Counted from the first letter of the stretch, positions 11,728 to 22,931 are shown. The stretch is 64,000 bases of DNA from Clostridia bacterium (GCA_024404325.1 JAKSQC010000001.1:13340-77339); one strand, 5' to 3'. Numbers and translations are program-made. The notes: generated by a model from the sequence alone, not told the origin.

Positions 11728-14007
11728 TTATTCTTGTTTTTCATTTTCGGGTTTACTTTCTTCCTTTTCCTCTTTAGGTGTTTCAAGTAACTTCCCGCCG
11801 TGGGTTTTACAAGCACCCGGCACCGAGCCTTTCTTGTACCAGCCTACCGCCTTTGACGGGCAGGAATCTGTTGCCAACAAACCCGTACTTGTACAGTAGT
11901 ATTTCTTTACTGCGTAACTGCTGTCGGTAAACTGTTTTGCTTCGAGTCCCGAATGTATTTTAGACATTACCGCTCCCCACATCTTCATTGCAATAGCACT
12001 GTCGGATATTGCCTGTTGCGTATCGTAACCGCACCAGCAAGATGCTACATAATACGGTGAACCGCCTACAAACCACAGGTCGTTTGAATTATTGGAAGTA
12101 CCCGTTTTTGCGTATATCTTCATATTGGGTATATATGATGCCGCACCCTTACCTGTACCGTTAGAGCCGTAAACTACATTTTGTAAAAGGTGATTCATAA
12201 CGGTAGCAGTATCATCGCTTATTGCAAGGTGCTTTTCGGTATCTTCCGACAGTATTACCTCGCCGTGCTGGTCTTCTACCTTTTTATAAAGCATCGGCTT
12301 ATAATAAAGTCCGCCGTTACCGAACACCGCATACGCCGCCGCCGATTCAAGCGTTGTTATACCGCCGTTAGTACCGCCCATTCCAAGAGGTGACAAATCA
12401 ATATCATTATTATTAAGTGTTGTAACACCGAGTTTTTGAGTGAGGAAATCATAACTTGCCTGAGGTGTAAGTTTGTTTACAAGATAAACGGGTATAGTAT
12501 TTACCGAACGTTCCAATGCATACTGTACGGTTATATTGCCCCAATAAGATTTATACCAGTTTACAGGTGTCCAACCGTTATAATTGGTGGCAGTATCGTT
12601 TACTATACTTGAGTAGTTTATTAGCCCGTTTTCAATGGCAAGTGAATATGCCGCAATAGGCTTCATTGTAGAACCTGGTTGACGTACGGCGTTTATAGCC
12701 CTGTTAAAGCCTGACATACCCAAATTTACCGTCTTTTGACCGATACCTCCCGCAAGTCCCAAAACGTGTCCCTCATAGTCCATTACGGTGAAAGAACCCT
12801 GTAACTTTTGACCGTCTTTGCCCTTTATACCGTAGGTGTCGGAATTTGAGAAAACCGTATCAACGGTTGACTGTATATCGGGGTTTACGGTAGCGTATAT
12901 CTTATATCCGCCACTGTAGAAGTTTGTGGATGCGTGGGTTTCGTCATAACCGTATTTTTTTGCGAGGTCTTTAGTGACCTGAACTATAAGTGCATCAACA
13001 AAATAATTGTTGACCTCACTTTCGTTAAGTTGCTCCTTTGAGGCTACAAGATTAAGTTTCTCTTTAAGAGCTTTATTGTATTCGTCCTTTGTTATATAGC
13101 CTTGTGAACGCATCTCTTTTAAAACGGTTTCACGTCTTAATTTATTATTTTCGGGTTGTTCGTCGGGAACAAATTTTGCAGGACTTTTTGTAATTGACGC
13201 AAGCGTTGCACATTCAAGCAGTGATAACTCGTTTACACTTTTCCCGAAGTAGTAGTTTGACGCAACCTCTACTCCGTACATACCGTGACCTAATGCTATT
13301 GTGTTAAGATAACATTCTATTATTGTATCTTTTGAGTAATGACTTTCAAGATACCTTGCCCTCATTATTTCACGTATCTTTCGGCTCGGTTTCTGCGAAG
13401 TATCGCCCGTAAGGTTCTTAACCAACTGCTGTGTTACGGTAGAACCGCCCTGATTGCTTGAGTAGAAATGCAGGAACATATTTGCAAACGCCGATACAGT
13501 TCGTTTCCAGTCAACACCGTCGTGTACCCTGAAACGCTTATCCTCAATAGCGATGAATGCATTTACAAGGTTTTCGGGTATTCCATTGTAGGTTTCATCC
13601 TTTTTCTGTGCCAAGTTGCGGTCATACGGCACCCATATACGGTTAAACTGACCGTGAAGTCTTTGATACTCCACCCACTCGCTTTTGGCATTCTGGACAT
13701 ATATTGTCGTTGTGAAATTAAGCTTTAAATCATTAAGGTTTTCTTCCATTGTGCCGTCTACCGCAGTAAATACATATACTATGAAAGAGCCTGCAACAAT
13801 ACTACAGGTTATTATCCCCACCAATGCCACAGTAAGCAACGTCTTAAGCAATCTATCCTTGCCTTTTTTCGCACGCATTCTTTTTTTTCTTCTGTCATCT
13901 ACCGCACTTGAAGAAAAACTGTTAAGGTCTAAGGCAGGCTCGTTACCGTCTACTTGGTTATCGTCGGAATTAGAACTGAAAAGGTCATCATAATCCAACA
14001 AAAACAC
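11728..14007 (-). CDS. Class A penicillin-binding protein, paralog of 6651-8930
   Basis: Has EDKRFRVHDGVD, GGSTVTQQL and RKIRE, plus STMKP, SVN and KTGT. It has a charged N-terminal cytoplasmic tail, then a TM anchor. Confidence 0.9.
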   Translation of the reverse strand: MFLLDYDDLFSSNSDDNQVDGNEPALDLNSFSSSAVDDRRKKRMRAKKGKDRLLKTLLTVALVGIITCSIVAGSFIVYVFTAVDGTMEENLNDLKLNFTTTIYVQNAKSEWVEYQRLHGQFNRIWVPYDRNLAQKKDETYNGIPENLVNAFIAIEDKRFRVHDGVDWKRTVSAFANMFLHFYSSNQGGSTVTQQLVKNLTGDTSQKPSRKIREIMRARYLESHYSKDTIIECYLNTIALGHGMYGVEVASNYYFGKSVNELSLLECATLASITKSPAKFVPDEQPENNKLRRETVLKEMRSQGYITKDEYNKALKEKLNLVASKEQLNESEVNNYFVDALIVQVTKDLAKKYGYDETHASTNFYSGGYKIYATVNPDIQSTVDTVFSNSDTYGIKGKDGQKLQGSFTVMDYEGHVLGLAGGIGQKTVNLGMSGFNRAINAVRQPGSTMKPIAAYSLAIENGLINYSSIVNDTATNYNGWTPVNWYKSYWGNITVQYALERSVNTIPVYLVNKLTPQASYDFLTQKLGVTTLNNNDIDLSPLGMGGTNGGITTLESAAAYAVFGNGGLYYKPMLYKKVEDQHGEVILSEDTEKHLAISDDTATVMNHLLQNVVYGSNGTGKGAASYIPNMKIYAKTGTSNNSNDLWFVGGSPYYVASCWCGYDTQQAISDSAIAMKMWGAVMSKIHSGLEAKQFTDSSYAVKKYYCTSTGLLATDSCPSKAVGWYKKGSVPGACKTHGGKLLETPKEEKEESKPENEKQE

Positions 14008-14156
14008 CTCCGTATTTAAAAAACATTATAGGCAATACTTAACCATTTTAAAATATTATACCACAATAAGACAATTTTTGAAGTTACAATTTTTTAACCA
14101 TTATCTGCATATTGTCCTTATTTTTGATAAAAATAAATACAAGGGAGGATTTTTTT

Positions 14157-14447
14157 ATGATAAATTATAAAAAAATTTCAATTTTAATTATTGCGGTAAC
14201 TTTAATATTTGTAATAGCGGTTGTTGTTTTCGGACTCAGTATGAAATCGGGTACTGCAAACACTTCCTACACCCTTAAAGCGTACAGAAACACCGTAGCG
14301 TTATATCAAAACGATAATTTAATTAAAACCTATGACGACATAGTTTTAAACACACTCCCAATATCGGATATAAACAGATTTAAGTCCGGTATTACCGTAT
14401 CTTCCGAAAATGACGCCATAAGAATTATTGAAGATTATGACGGCTAA
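14157..14447 (+). CDS. Small membrane-anchored protein of unknown function (96 aa from the ATG)
   Basis: SD GGGAGG lies 8 nt before ATG 14157; the ORF track begins earlier, at TTG 14112. It has one N-terminal TM helix and a small soluble domain that vaguely resembles BofC-N. Confidence 0.45.
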   Translation: MINYKKISILIIAVTLIFVIAVVVFGLSMKSGTANTSYTLKAYRNTVALYQNDNLIKTYDDIVLNTLPISDINRFKSGITVSSENDAIRIIEDYDG

Positions 14448-14522
14448 AAATATTTACTCTTGAAAGTTTTTATGTTACACTTTATAATTGTATAAAGACT
14501 TTCATTTAAGGGAGTAATTATT

Positions 14523-15077
14523 TTGGAAAATAATGCTATGTCCGCAGGAGTTAAACGTGGCGGACTTTTTAACACGGCAGAAATTAAAATACTTATTTGT
14601 TATATATTAAGTACCATTGATGATCCTGTACCCGTTAATATGCTTGCAAATGTTCTGAATTTTGAGGGAATTGCAAATGCGTTTGAGGTGAGTGATGCGG
14701 TAGTTTCACTTTATAAAAGCGGTAAAATTGCTCAAACAGACGAAAAAGAAGATACCTACGTTATTACAAACAGCGGTCGTGAGATAGCAGGTACGCTTAA
14801 TTCTTCTTTATCATTTTCAGTCAAAGAAAAAGCGTATTCTGCGACAATAAAAATGATGTCGCGTTTTAAAAACGCAAAGTCAACTGATTTTGAAATAACC
14901 AAAGAGGATACGGGAACATACATCACCTGCTCTGCTTTAGACGGTACAAAACCTTTTTTCAGCATAAAACTTTTAGTCACCGACGAAGCACAGGCAAACC
15001 ATATAAAGGAAAAGTTTTTATCCGACCCGTCAAACATTTACTGTGAACTTATTGAATTGCTTACTAAACAAGATTAA
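14523..15077 (+). CDS. DUF4364-like putative winged-helix protein
   Basis: A 184-aa ORF with a TTG start 7 nt after SD AAGGGAG. The N-terminal pattern (AEIKILICYILSTIDDPVPVNMLANVL) resembles the clostridial DUF4364 family, recalled from memory only. Confidence 0.5.
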   Translation: MENNAMSAGVKRGGLFNTAEIKILICYILSTIDDPVPVNMLANVLNFEGIANAFEVSDAVVSLYKSGKIAQTDEKEDTYVITNSGREIAGTLNSSLSFSVKEKAYSATIKMMSRFKNAKSTDFEITKEDTGTYITCSALDGTKPFFSIKLLVTDEAQANHIKEKFLSDPSNIYCELIELLTKQD

Positions 15078-15080
15078 AAA

Positions 15081-15114
15081 AATTGAGGCTGTATCGTTTG
15101 ATACAGCCTCAATT
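15081..15114. terminator. Bidirectional intrinsic terminator
   Basis: A 15-bp perfect hairpin AATTGAGGCTGTATC-GTTT-GATACAGCCTCAATT, flanked by an A-run and a T-run between convergent genes. Confidence 0.8.
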
Positions 15115-15119
15115 TTTTG

Positions 15120-17207
15120 TTATAGAATATGATATTTAACAACTACTGCCGCAAATACTATTGAAACCATTGAGAGGAGTTTTATCAGTATATTTATTGA
15201 CGGTCCTGAAGTATCCTTAAACGGGTCGCCTACGGTATCGCCTACAACGGCACCCTTATGCTGGTCACTGCCCTTACCGCCGTGAACTCCGCTTTCGATA
15301 TACTTCTTTGCGTTATCCCACGCACCGCCCGAATTTGACATAAATATTGCAAGCAAAAATCCGCAGGAAGTAGCACCCGCAAGCATACCCACAACACCCT
15401 GATAACCGAGTATTATACCGGTTAATATAGGTGTTATGATTGCTACTACGGTAGGAAGTACCATTTCACGAAGACTTGCCTTTGTACATAGGTCAACGCA
15501 AGTGGCGTAATCGGCGTCTGCCTTGCCTTCCATAAGTCCTACTATATGTCTAAACTGTCTGCGTACCTCTACTACAACCGACTGTGCCGCTTTGCCTACC
15601 GAGTCCATAGTAAGGGCTGCAAATATAAACGGCAGACAGGTACCGATGAAAAGTCCTACCAAAACCGTAGGCGACATAAGGTCAAATACCGTATTTGCGT
15701 CAGGACTTATCTCCTTGACCTTATTTATATAAGACGCCATAAGTGCCAAAGCCGTAAGTGCCGCAGAGCCTATAGCAAAACCCTTACCCGTAGCGGCGGT
15801 TGTATTGCCCAAAGAATCAAGTGCGTCGGTTCTTTCTCTTACAGATTTATCAAGTCCTGCCATTTCGGCTATACCGCCTGCGTTATCCGCAACGGGACCG
15901 TAAGCATCGGTTGCAAGGGTAATACCAAGCGTAGATAACATACCTACTGCCGAAAGTGCTATACCGTAAAGTCCCAAATTGGAATTGCCTTTTCCGCCTG
16001 AAACAAAAAATGCTATCAGTATACAAGCCGCAACTATTACTATAGGCAAAGCGGTAGACAACATACCAAGTCCCAAACCGCCTATAATTATAGTTGCACT
16101 TCCCGTTTCCGATTTTTGTGCTAATTTTTTAGTAGGTGAATAGGAATCGGATGTAAAGTACTCGGTTGAACGGCCTATTAAAACGCCTGCTATAAGACCT
16201 GCAAGTATTGCAAAGTATATACCTATTGTTTTAAAGCCGTCAAGACAGAAGTATACTATCGGGAAAGATATTATCGCTATCATTACAGCACTGAAATTCG
16301 TTCCTCTGCTAAGGGACTTAAGCAAATCTTTTTGACTTGCATTTTCCCTTGTACGAACAAGGAATGTTCCTATAATCGAACACAATATACCGGCGGTTGC
16401 AATTAACAGGGGTACGGAAATTGCACCGTAGACAGAGCCTTTAAACGCCGCAACACCCAAAGCCATTGAGGATATAACAGAGCCTACGTAAGATTCATAA
16501 AGGTCTGCACCCATACCTGCAACGTCGCCTACGTTATCGCCTACGTTATCGGCAATAACGGCAGGATTTCTCGGGTCGTCCTCGGGTATACCCGCCTCTA
16601 CCTTACCTACAAGGTCTGCACCTACGTCTGCCGCTTTTGTGAATATTCCTCCGCCTACTCTTGCAAAAAGTGCCATTGAAGATGCACCCATACCGAACGT
16701 AAGCATAGCGGCGGTTATCGCATCGGGTGTAAGTTTAAATGCAAACTTTAAAAGTATAAACCAAAGGGATATATCAAAAAGTCCCAAACCTACTACCGTA
16801 AAGCCCATTACAGAGCCTGCTGAAAAGGCAACTCGCAGTCCCTTATTAAGACCGTCTATACAGGCATTTGCCGTCCTTGCATTAGCACTTGTTGCTATCT
16901 TCATTCCGACAAATCCCGAAAGTCCCGAGAAAAAACCACCCGTTACAAATGCAAACGGTACAAACGGGGTAAGAAGCCCTGTAATAGACATTGCCGACAG
17001 TATTATAAACATTACCGCAAAGAACACCAAAACTACGGTATACTGTCTTTTAAGATATGCGTTAGCCCCCGATTTAACAGAATCGGAAATTTTTTTCATC
17101 AGGTCGTTTCCACGGTCAAATTTAAGTACTTTTCTTGCGGTAAGACCTGCAAAGGCAAGTGCTATGATTGAACCTGCGAGCGTTAAAAAGATTGAATAAA
17201 CTTGCAT
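15120..17207 (-). CDS. hppA: Membrane-integral pyrophosphatase (ion-pumping), K+-dependent type
   Basis: A 695-aa polytopic protein with [36 protein letters not shown] and [10 protein letters not shown]. Confidence 0.95.
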   Translation of the reverse strand: MQVYSIFLTLAGSIIALAFAGLTARKVLKFDRGNDLMKKISDSVKSGANAYLKRQYTVVLVFFAVMFIILSAMSITGLLTPFVPFAFVTGGFFSGLSGFVGMKIATSANARTANACIDGLNKGLRVAFSAGSVMGFTVVGLGLFDISLWFILLKFAFKLTPDAITAAMLTFGMGASSMALFARVGGGIFTKAADVGADLVGKVEAGIPEDDPRNPAVIADNVGDNVGDVAGMGADLYESYVGSVISSMALGVAAFKGSVYGAISVPLLIATAGILCSIIGTFLVRTRENASQKDLLKSLSRGTNFSAVMIAIISFPIVYFCLDGFKTIGIYFAILAGLIAGVLIGRSTEYFTSDSYSPTKKLAQKSETGSATIIIGGLGLGMLSTALPIVIVAACILIAFFVSGGKGNSNLGLYGIALSAVGMLSTLGITLATDAYGPVADNAGGIAEMAGLDKSVRERTDALDSLGNTTAATGKGFAIGSAALTALALMASYINKVKEISPDANTVFDLMSPTVLVGLFIGTCLPFIFAALTMDSVGKAAQSVVVEVRRQFRHIVGLMEGKADADYATCVDLCTKASLREMVLPTVVAIITPILTGIILGYQGVVGMLAGATSCGFLLAIFMSNSGGAWDNAKKYIESGVHGGKGSDQHKGAVVGDTVGDPFKDTSGPSINILIKLLSMVSIVFAAVVVKYHIL

Positions 17208-17251
17208 AAAATAATTCCTTTCCTTATGTTTTTATATATTTAAGTGACTGC

Positions 17252-17899
17252 TCAGGTCATTTTTTCCTGCTTTATTTTTTTATCAATAACGTGACGTGAC
17301 GCCAATTCTTTATATATATCCTCAAGCGAAATACCTGCCTCAATCATAAGTACCATAACGTGATATGTAAGGTCGGCTATTTCGTAAATGGTTTCCTTTT
17401 TATCCTCTGCCTTTGCGGCTATTATCACCTCGGTACTTTCCTCTCCTACCTTTTTCAGTATTTTATCAATACCCTTCTCAAAAAGATAGGTAGTATATGA
17501 GCCTTCTTTTTTATCGGTCTTTCTGCCCTTAATCAGGTCAAAAAGTTGCTCGTAGGAAAAGTCTTTACGCTTATCGCTTTCGAATACTTTATTATTAAAA
17601 CAGGATTTTGTATTAAGATGACATGCAGGGCCGTCAGGCTCTACCGTTACTACAAGTGCGTCATTATCGCAATCGGCAGTAATTGATACTATATGCTGAT
17701 AGTTACCGCTCGTTTCACCCTTCAACCAAAGTTCGTTTCTTGAACGGCTCCAAAAACAGGTAAGCTCCTTTTCCATAGATATTTTAAGGCTTTCCCTATT
17801 CATATAAGCAAGGGTTAATACCTGCTTTGAAACGGCGTCTACAACAACCGCAGGGATAAGTCCTTTTTCATCAAATTTAAGTTCATCAATGTTTATCAT
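17252..17899 (-). CDS. hisIE: Bifunctional phosphoribosyl-AMP cyclohydrolase / phosphoribosyl-ATP pyrophosphatase
   Basis: The N-terminal half resembles HisI (GLIPAVVVD..., [17 protein letters not shown], cysteine cluster). The C-terminal half resembles HisE (SYTTYLF..., [12 protein letters not shown]). Confidence 0.9.
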   Translation of the reverse strand: MINIDELKFDEKGLIPAVVVDAVSKQVLTLAYMNRESLKISMEKELTCFWSRSRNELWLKGETSGNYQHIVSITADCDNDALVVTVEPDGPACHLNTKSCFNNKVFESDKRKDFSYEQLFDLIKGRKTDKKEGSYTTYLFEKGIDKILKKVGEESTEVIIAAKAEDKKETIYEIADLTYHVMVLMIEAGISLEDIYKELASRHVIDKKIKQEKMT

Positions 17900-17912
17900 A
17901 ATGCCAATCTCC

Positions 17913-18671
17913 TTATAATCTTGCCGGTATACCGTTTTTGTTCATTTCTTTTTTAAGGTCGGATATTTTGACCTCGCCAAAGTGGAATATTGATGCCGCA
18001 AGTCCTGCGTCTACCTTAGGCAGAGTTTTGAACAGTGTTATAAAATCTTCTATGTTACCTGCTCCGCCCGACGCTATTACGGGAACGCTTACGGCGTTAC
18101 AAACCTCGTTTAGCATTTCAAGGTCAAAACCTTTTTTAACACCGTCGGTATCAATAGAATTCACAACTATTTCTCCCGCTCCGCTGTCTACTCCGCGTTT
18201 TATCCACTCTATTGCCTCAAGTCCCGTATTCTCTCTGCCACCTTTGGCAAAAACGCGGAACACACCGTCTACACGCTTAATATCAACCGACAGTACTACG
18301 CATTGGTCACCGTAAAGTTTTGCCGCCTGCTCTATTAGTTGCGGATTTTTTATAGCACCCGAATTAACGCTTACCTTATCGGCACCGCATTTAAGCACCC
18401 TGTCAAAATCGTCTACCGTATTTATTCCTCCGCCTACCGTAAGAGGTATAAATACGTTTTTCGCCGTTTCGCAAAGTATATCGGAAAAGAGTTTTCTGCC
18501 GTCGGACGATGCCGTTATATCATAAAAGACAAGTTCGTCTGCACCGCACTCGCTATAATACTTTGCAAGTTCTACGGGTGAGGATATTTCCCTTAGTCCC
18601 TCAAAATTTACGCCCTTTACTACGTTCCCGTTTCTTACATCTAAACAGGGTATTATTCTTTTAGTTATCAT
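17913..18671 (-). CDS. hisF: Imidazole glycerol phosphate synthase cyclase subunit
   Basis: Has [14 protein letters not shown] and IASGGAG blocks, and sits in the operon. Confidence 0.95.
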   Translation of the reverse strand: MITKRIIPCLDVRNGNVVKGVNFEGLREISSPVELAKYYSECGADELVFYDITASSDGRKLFSDILCETAKNVFIPLTVGGGINTVDDFDRVLKCGADKVSVNSGAIKNPQLIEQAAKLYGDQCVVLSVDIKRVDGVFRVFAKGGRENTGLEAIEWIKRGVDSGAGEIVVNSIDTDGVKKGFDLEMLNEVCNAVSVPVIASGGAGNIEDFITLFKTLPKVDAGLAASIFHFGEVKISDLKKEMNKNGIPARL

Positions 18672-19381
18672 TTTGCCACCTCGATTGCCTCGTTTAAAGA
18701 AATGGCATTAGTATAATACGCTTTACCTATTATTGCACCGTATAGGTCAAGTTTACGCAAAGCCTTTACATCTTCAATATCGGATACTCCGCCTGATGCA
18801 ATAATATCCATTAAAAAACGGCTTGAAAGGGTGCTGTAAAGCTCTCTGTTTGTGCCAATCATTGCACCGTCTTTTGAAATATCGGTACAAATAAGGGTTT
18901 TAACACCTATGTCCTGCATATTTTTGCAAAACTCGAATGCATCTATTCCTGAATTTTGTGTCCAACCCTTTATTGCAACAAAGCCGTCTTTAATATCAAT
19001 ACCTACGGCAATTTTTTCTCCGTATTCCTTAACGGCAGTTTCCACAAAGCCCTCACTTGTTACGGCGGCAGTACCTAATATAACCCTGTCAAGTCCTCCT
19101 GATAGGTATTTTTCAATTACGTCCATACTGCGTATTCCGCCACCGATTTCACAAAACAGTCCGCTTGTTTTCTTGATACTGCAAACGGTATCAAAATTAG
19201 GCGTAAGACCTGTCTTTGCACCCTCTAAATCAACAAGATGGATGTGCGTAGCACCCTGTTTTTTAAAATCAAGGCTAACATTTACAGGCTCTTTACTGTA
19301 AACCGTCTTTTGTGCGTAATCGCCCTTATAAAGACGCACCGCTTCGCCCTCGTATAAATCAATTGCAGGATATATCAGCAT
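18668..19381 (-). CDS. hisA: ProFAR isomerase
   Basis: Has IYPAIDL, VDLEGA, GGGIRS and IASGGVS blocks, and sits in the operon. Confidence 0.93.
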   Translation of the reverse strand: MLIYPAIDLYEGEAVRLYKGDYAQKTVYSKEPVNVSLDFKKQGATHIHLVDLEGAKTGLTPNFDTVCSIKKTSGLFCEIGGGIRSMDVIEKYLSGGLDRVILGTAAVTSEGFVETAVKEYGEKIAVGIDIKDGFVAIKGWTQNSGIDAFEFCKNMQDIGVKTLICTDISKDGAMIGTNRELYSTLSSRFLMDIIASGGVSDIEDVKALRKLDLYGAIIGKAYYTNAISLNEAIEVAK

Positions 19382-20001
19382 ATTGCACCTTCTCTCATTT
19401 CACAAAACGCCCTTAAAATATTAAGCCCTGTTTCTCCGCTCTTTTCGGGGTGAACCTGACAGCCTAAAACATTTTTGCTTGCAACGGCGGCGGTGATATC
19501 CGTCCTGTATTCTGCCGATGCTATTATACTGTCAAAACAGTTTACCGCATAAAAGGAATGTACAAAATATACACATTCGCCCTGCTTCACATATTTAAAC
19601 AACGGATGTTTACTGCCTTTAAAGTTAAGAGCATTCCAACCCATATGCGGTATTTTTAAATCTTTAACATCATCGGCAATAGGTCTTATTTCTCCTTTAA
19701 TAAGCCCTAAGCCGTTATGCTCGCCGTACTCAAAACTTTTATCAAAAAGCAGTTGCATACCAAGGCATATACCCATTATGGGTTTGCCTTTTTTTATTTG
19801 TTCTTTTAATACAGGTACTAAACCTGATTTATTTAGTTTATCCATAGCATCAGAAAATGCCCCTACTCCGGGTAATATTATTCTGTCTGCTTTTTTTAAT
19901 ACTTCTTCATCACGGGTGATAACGGTATCTTCGCCTATCTTCTCAAAAGAGCAGACAAGAGAAAACAAATTTCCCACACCGTAATCAATAATAGCGGTCA
20001 T
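19375..20001 (-). CDS. hisH: Imidazole glycerol phosphate synthase glutaminase subunit
   Basis: Has IIDYGVGNL, LPGVGAF, GICLGMQLL (catalytic Cys) and QVHPEKS. Confidence 0.93.
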   Translation of the reverse strand: MTAIIDYGVGNLFSLVCSFEKIGEDTVITRDEEVLKKADRIILPGVGAFSDAMDKLNKSGLVPVLKEQIKKGKPIMGICLGMQLLFDKSFEYGEHNGLGLIKGEIRPIADDVKDLKIPHMGWNALNFKGSKHPLFKYVKQGECVYFVHSFYAVNCFDSIIASAEYRTDITAAVASKNVLGCQVHPEKSGETGLNILRAFCEMREGAIC

Positions 20002-20588
20002 TATAAAACTCCTTTGGTGGACGGTATTTCGTCTTTAAACTCATTATCAATACTTACCGCCGTTCTCAGACTTCTTGCAACCGACTTAAACGCACCCTCG
20101 ATTATATGGTGTGAATTTTTGCCTGCAAACATTCTTATATGCAACGCACACTCTGCTTTTCTAACAAAGCCCAACCAAAATTCCTCAATAAGTTCGGTAT
20201 CAAAGTCGCCGACCTTTTGGGTGGGGATATCCATATCGTATCCTAAATAAGACCTGCCCGAAAAATCAACTGCGGAAAGTATCAAAGTTTCGTCCATCGG
20301 CAAAATTGTATCGCCGTAGCGGTGTATACCCTTTTTATCACCGAGTGCATCAAAAAACGCTTTACCGAGAGTTATTCCTATATCCTCAACCGTGTGGTGA
20401 TAATCAACATAGGTATCACCTTTACACTTTAATATTATATCAAATCTTCCGTGAGATGCAAAAAGTGTCATCATATGGTCGAGAAAACCGCAACCCGTAT
20501 CAATTTCACTTTTACCGCTTCCGTCAAGATTTAATGTAAGTTCTATATCCGTTTCGGCGGTTTTCCTTTTGATTTCAGACTTCCTCAT
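20001..20588 (-). CDS. hisB: Imidazoleglycerol-phosphate dehydratase
   Basis: Has the RKTAETDI start, the metal motifs DHMMTLF and HHTVEDIGI, and HHIIEGAFKS. Confidence 0.93.
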   Translation of the reverse strand: MRKSEIKRKTAETDIELTLNLDGSGKSEIDTGCGFLDHMMTLFASHGRFDIILKCKGDTYVDYHHTVEDIGITLGKAFFDALGDKKGIHRYGDTILPMDETLILSAVDFSGRSYLGYDMDIPTQKVGDFDTELIEEFWLGFVRKAECALHIRMFAGKNSHHIIEGAFKSVARSLRTAVSIDNEFKDEIPSTKGVL

Positions 20589-21649
20589 ATCATTTCCTCC
20601 AAAACGCCCTTTAAAATATCAATAAATGCCTGCATTTGCTCATCACTGCCTATTGTTATGCGGTTGTAGTCCTTTAAAAGTTCTGTTTCAAAGTGACGGA
20701 TAAGCACTCCCTTTTCCTTTAAGGCAAGATATAATTCCTTACCGCCTATTTTAGAATGTTTTGCAAAAATAAAGTTTGCTTTTGAATCAGTCATTACAAA
20801 ACCTAATTCCTTTAGTTTTTCTTCTGTATATTTCCGTGTGTCCTTAATTTTTTTGCAGTTTGTAACAAAATATTTATCATCGCACAAAGCACCTATTCCC
20901 GCACTCATTGTCATACGGTTTACATTATACGGATTAGTGGAATACTTTATAGTATTTAGGTCTGCTATCAGTTCCTTACAGCCTACTCCGAAACCGAGTC
21001 TTCCCCCCGCAAGAGAACGCGACTTTGAAAAGGTTTGGCAAACAAGCAGATTATCATACTTATGTATTAAATCAGTACAACTTTCTCCCCCGAAATCAAC
21101 GTATGCCTCATCTACTATAACCACATTATTTTTGTTTGAAGAAACTATTCTTTCTATTTCACCTTTTGAAAGTGCTATACCCGTAGGTGCATTGGGGTTT
21201 GCAATAAATACCGTCTTATTTATACCTATATAATCGTTTATATCAAGTGTAAAATCGTCCTTTAGGGGTATTTCACTGTAGGGTACGCCGTTATACTCTG
21301 CAAAAACCTTATAAAAACCGTAGGTAATATTTGCAAATACCGCAGGGTTATCCTTATCACAAAAGGCTGAAAATGCAAAATTTAAAATTTCATCCGAACC
21401 GTTAGTAAAAAGTATTTCGTCTTCTGCTATCCTTAACTTCTGTGACGCAATTTTTACAAGTGCTTTACATTCGGGGTCGGAATACAGTTGCAAATCACCT
21501 GCCGACTGACGTGCAAGCCTTTGTGCCATAGGAGAAGGCGGAAAGGGTGACTCATTGGTATTAAGTTTTATATACTTTCTTTCCTGCGGTTGCTCACCCG
21601 GTGTATAGGGTGTAAGAGAGTTAAATTTACTGCTGATAAATCTACTCAT
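20585..21649 (-). CDS. hisC: Histidinol-phosphate aminotransferase
   Basis: A class II aminotransferase with LNTNESP, NPNAPTG and TFSKSRSLAGGRLG (PLP lysine). Confidence 0.9.
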   Translation of the reverse strand: MSRFISSKFNSLTPYTPGEQPQERKYIKLNTNESPFPPSPMAQRLARQSAGDLQLYSDPECKALVKIASQKLRIAEDEILFTNGSDEILNFAFSAFCDKDNPAVFANITYGFYKVFAEYNGVPYSEIPLKDDFTLDINDYIGINKTVFIANPNAPTGIALSKGEIERIVSSNKNNVVIVDEAYVDFGGESCTDLIHKYDNLLVCQTFSKSRSLAGGRLGFGVGCKELIADLNTIKYSTNPYNVNRMTMSAGIGALCDDKYFVTNCKKIKDTRKYTEEKLKELGFVMTDSKANFIFAKHSKIGGKELYLALKEKGVLIRHFETELLKDYNRITIGSDEQMQAFIDILKGVLEEMI

Positions 21650-22929
21650 CAGTCATCCTCCTCTATACGGACAACGGCACTCTTTGCGTGTGCTGTAAGT
21701 CCCTCTTTCTTTGCAAAGTACTCTACGTCCCTTGCCACCTTGCAAAGTGCATCTTTAGTATAGTAAGTATACTGTGTTTTCTTTACAAAATCGTCTACCG
21801 AGAGCGGACTTGAAAACTTAGCAGTACCGCTTGTCGGAAGTGTATGGTTGGGCCCTGCAAAATAATCGCCTAAAGCCTCAGGGCAGTTGCGTCCCATAAA
21901 CACAGAGCCTGCGTGACGTATACCGTCTAAATAATCAAACGGGTTATCAACGCAAAGTTCAAGATGTTCGGGTGCTATTTCGTTTGCAATTTCAATAGCA
22001 CTGTAAAGCGATTTTGCCACTATGATTTTTCCGTTATCGTCTATTGACGCTCTTGCTATATCACATCTTTCAAGTTTCGGTATTTGAACTTCAAGTTCTT
22101 TACTTACCTTGAGTGCTAAATCGTAACTGTCGGTAACAAGTACGGCAGATGCCATTTTATCGTGCTCCGCCTGAGAAAGCAGGTCAGACGCCACGTATTT
22201 CGGGTTTGATGCACCGTCGGCAACAATAAGTATTTCGCTCGGCCCTGCTATCATATCTATTGAAACTTTGCCGAATACCTGTTTTTTAGCCTCTGCTACA
22301 AATGCGTTACCGGGGCCTACTATCTTATCAACTTTCGAAATACTCTGTGTGCCGTATGCAAGGGCTGCTATCGCCTGAGCACCGCCGACCTTGAATATTT
22401 TATCAACCCCTGCAACGCTTGCCGCTGCAAGTATTACGGGGTTTACTTTTCCCTCACTGTTGGGAGGTGTTACAATTACAACCTCTTTTACACCCGCAAT
22501 TTTTGCAGGAATAGCGTCCATCAAAACGGTAGACGGATACGCCGCCGTACCTCCCGGAACATACAGTCCCGCACGGTCAACCGGTATAACCTTTTGACCT
22601 ATAACAACACCATTTTCATCGTTGATTATAAAACTGTTTCTCTTTTGTCTTTCGTGAAATTTGGTTATGTTTTTTGACGCCTTTTTAAGTATTTCAAGAA
22701 ATTCGGGTTCTACAGATGCTACCGCCTCATCTATTTCGTCTTTGGTCACAAGCAAACTTTTTAAATCTGCCTTATCAAATTTCTTTGAATATTCATAAAG
22801 TGCCTTATCGCCGTTTTGTTTTACGTTTTCTATTATTTCGGTAACTATATCCTGAACATTTGCCTGCGGATTAGTTCTTGCAAATATTTCCTCGTTTTTA
22901 ACCTCACCGTATTTATATATCTTAATCAT
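21649..22929 (-). CDS. hisD: Histidinol dehydrogenase
   Basis: A 426-aa protein with the blocks YVPGGTAAYPSTVLM, GPGNAFVAEAK, SQAEHD and GDYFAGPNHTLPT. Confidence 0.95.
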   Translation of the reverse strand: MIKIYKYGEVKNEEIFARTNPQANVQDIVTEIIENVKQNGDKALYEYSKKFDKADLKSLLVTKDEIDEAVASVEPEFLEILKKASKNITKFHERQKRNSFIINDENGVVIGQKVIPVDRAGLYVPGGTAAYPSTVLMDAIPAKIAGVKEVVIVTPPNSEGKVNPVILAAASVAGVDKIFKVGGAQAIAALAYGTQSISKVDKIVGPGNAFVAEAKKQVFGKVSIDMIAGPSEILIVADGASNPKYVASDLLSQAEHDKMASAVLVTDSYDLALKVSKELEVQIPKLERCDIARASIDDNGKIIVAKSLYSAIEIANEIAPEHLELCVDNPFDYLDGIRHAGSVFMGRNCPEALGDYFAGPNHTLPTSGTAKFSSPLSVDDFVKKTQYTYYTKDALCKVARDVEYFAKKEGLTAHAKSAVVRIEEDD

Positions 22930-22931
22930 CG

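Noticed and set aside
16639-17199. 186-aa plus-strand ORF
   Set aside because: It lies entirely antisense within hppA, and its composition mirrors the Gly/Ala-rich pump gene. It has no start context.
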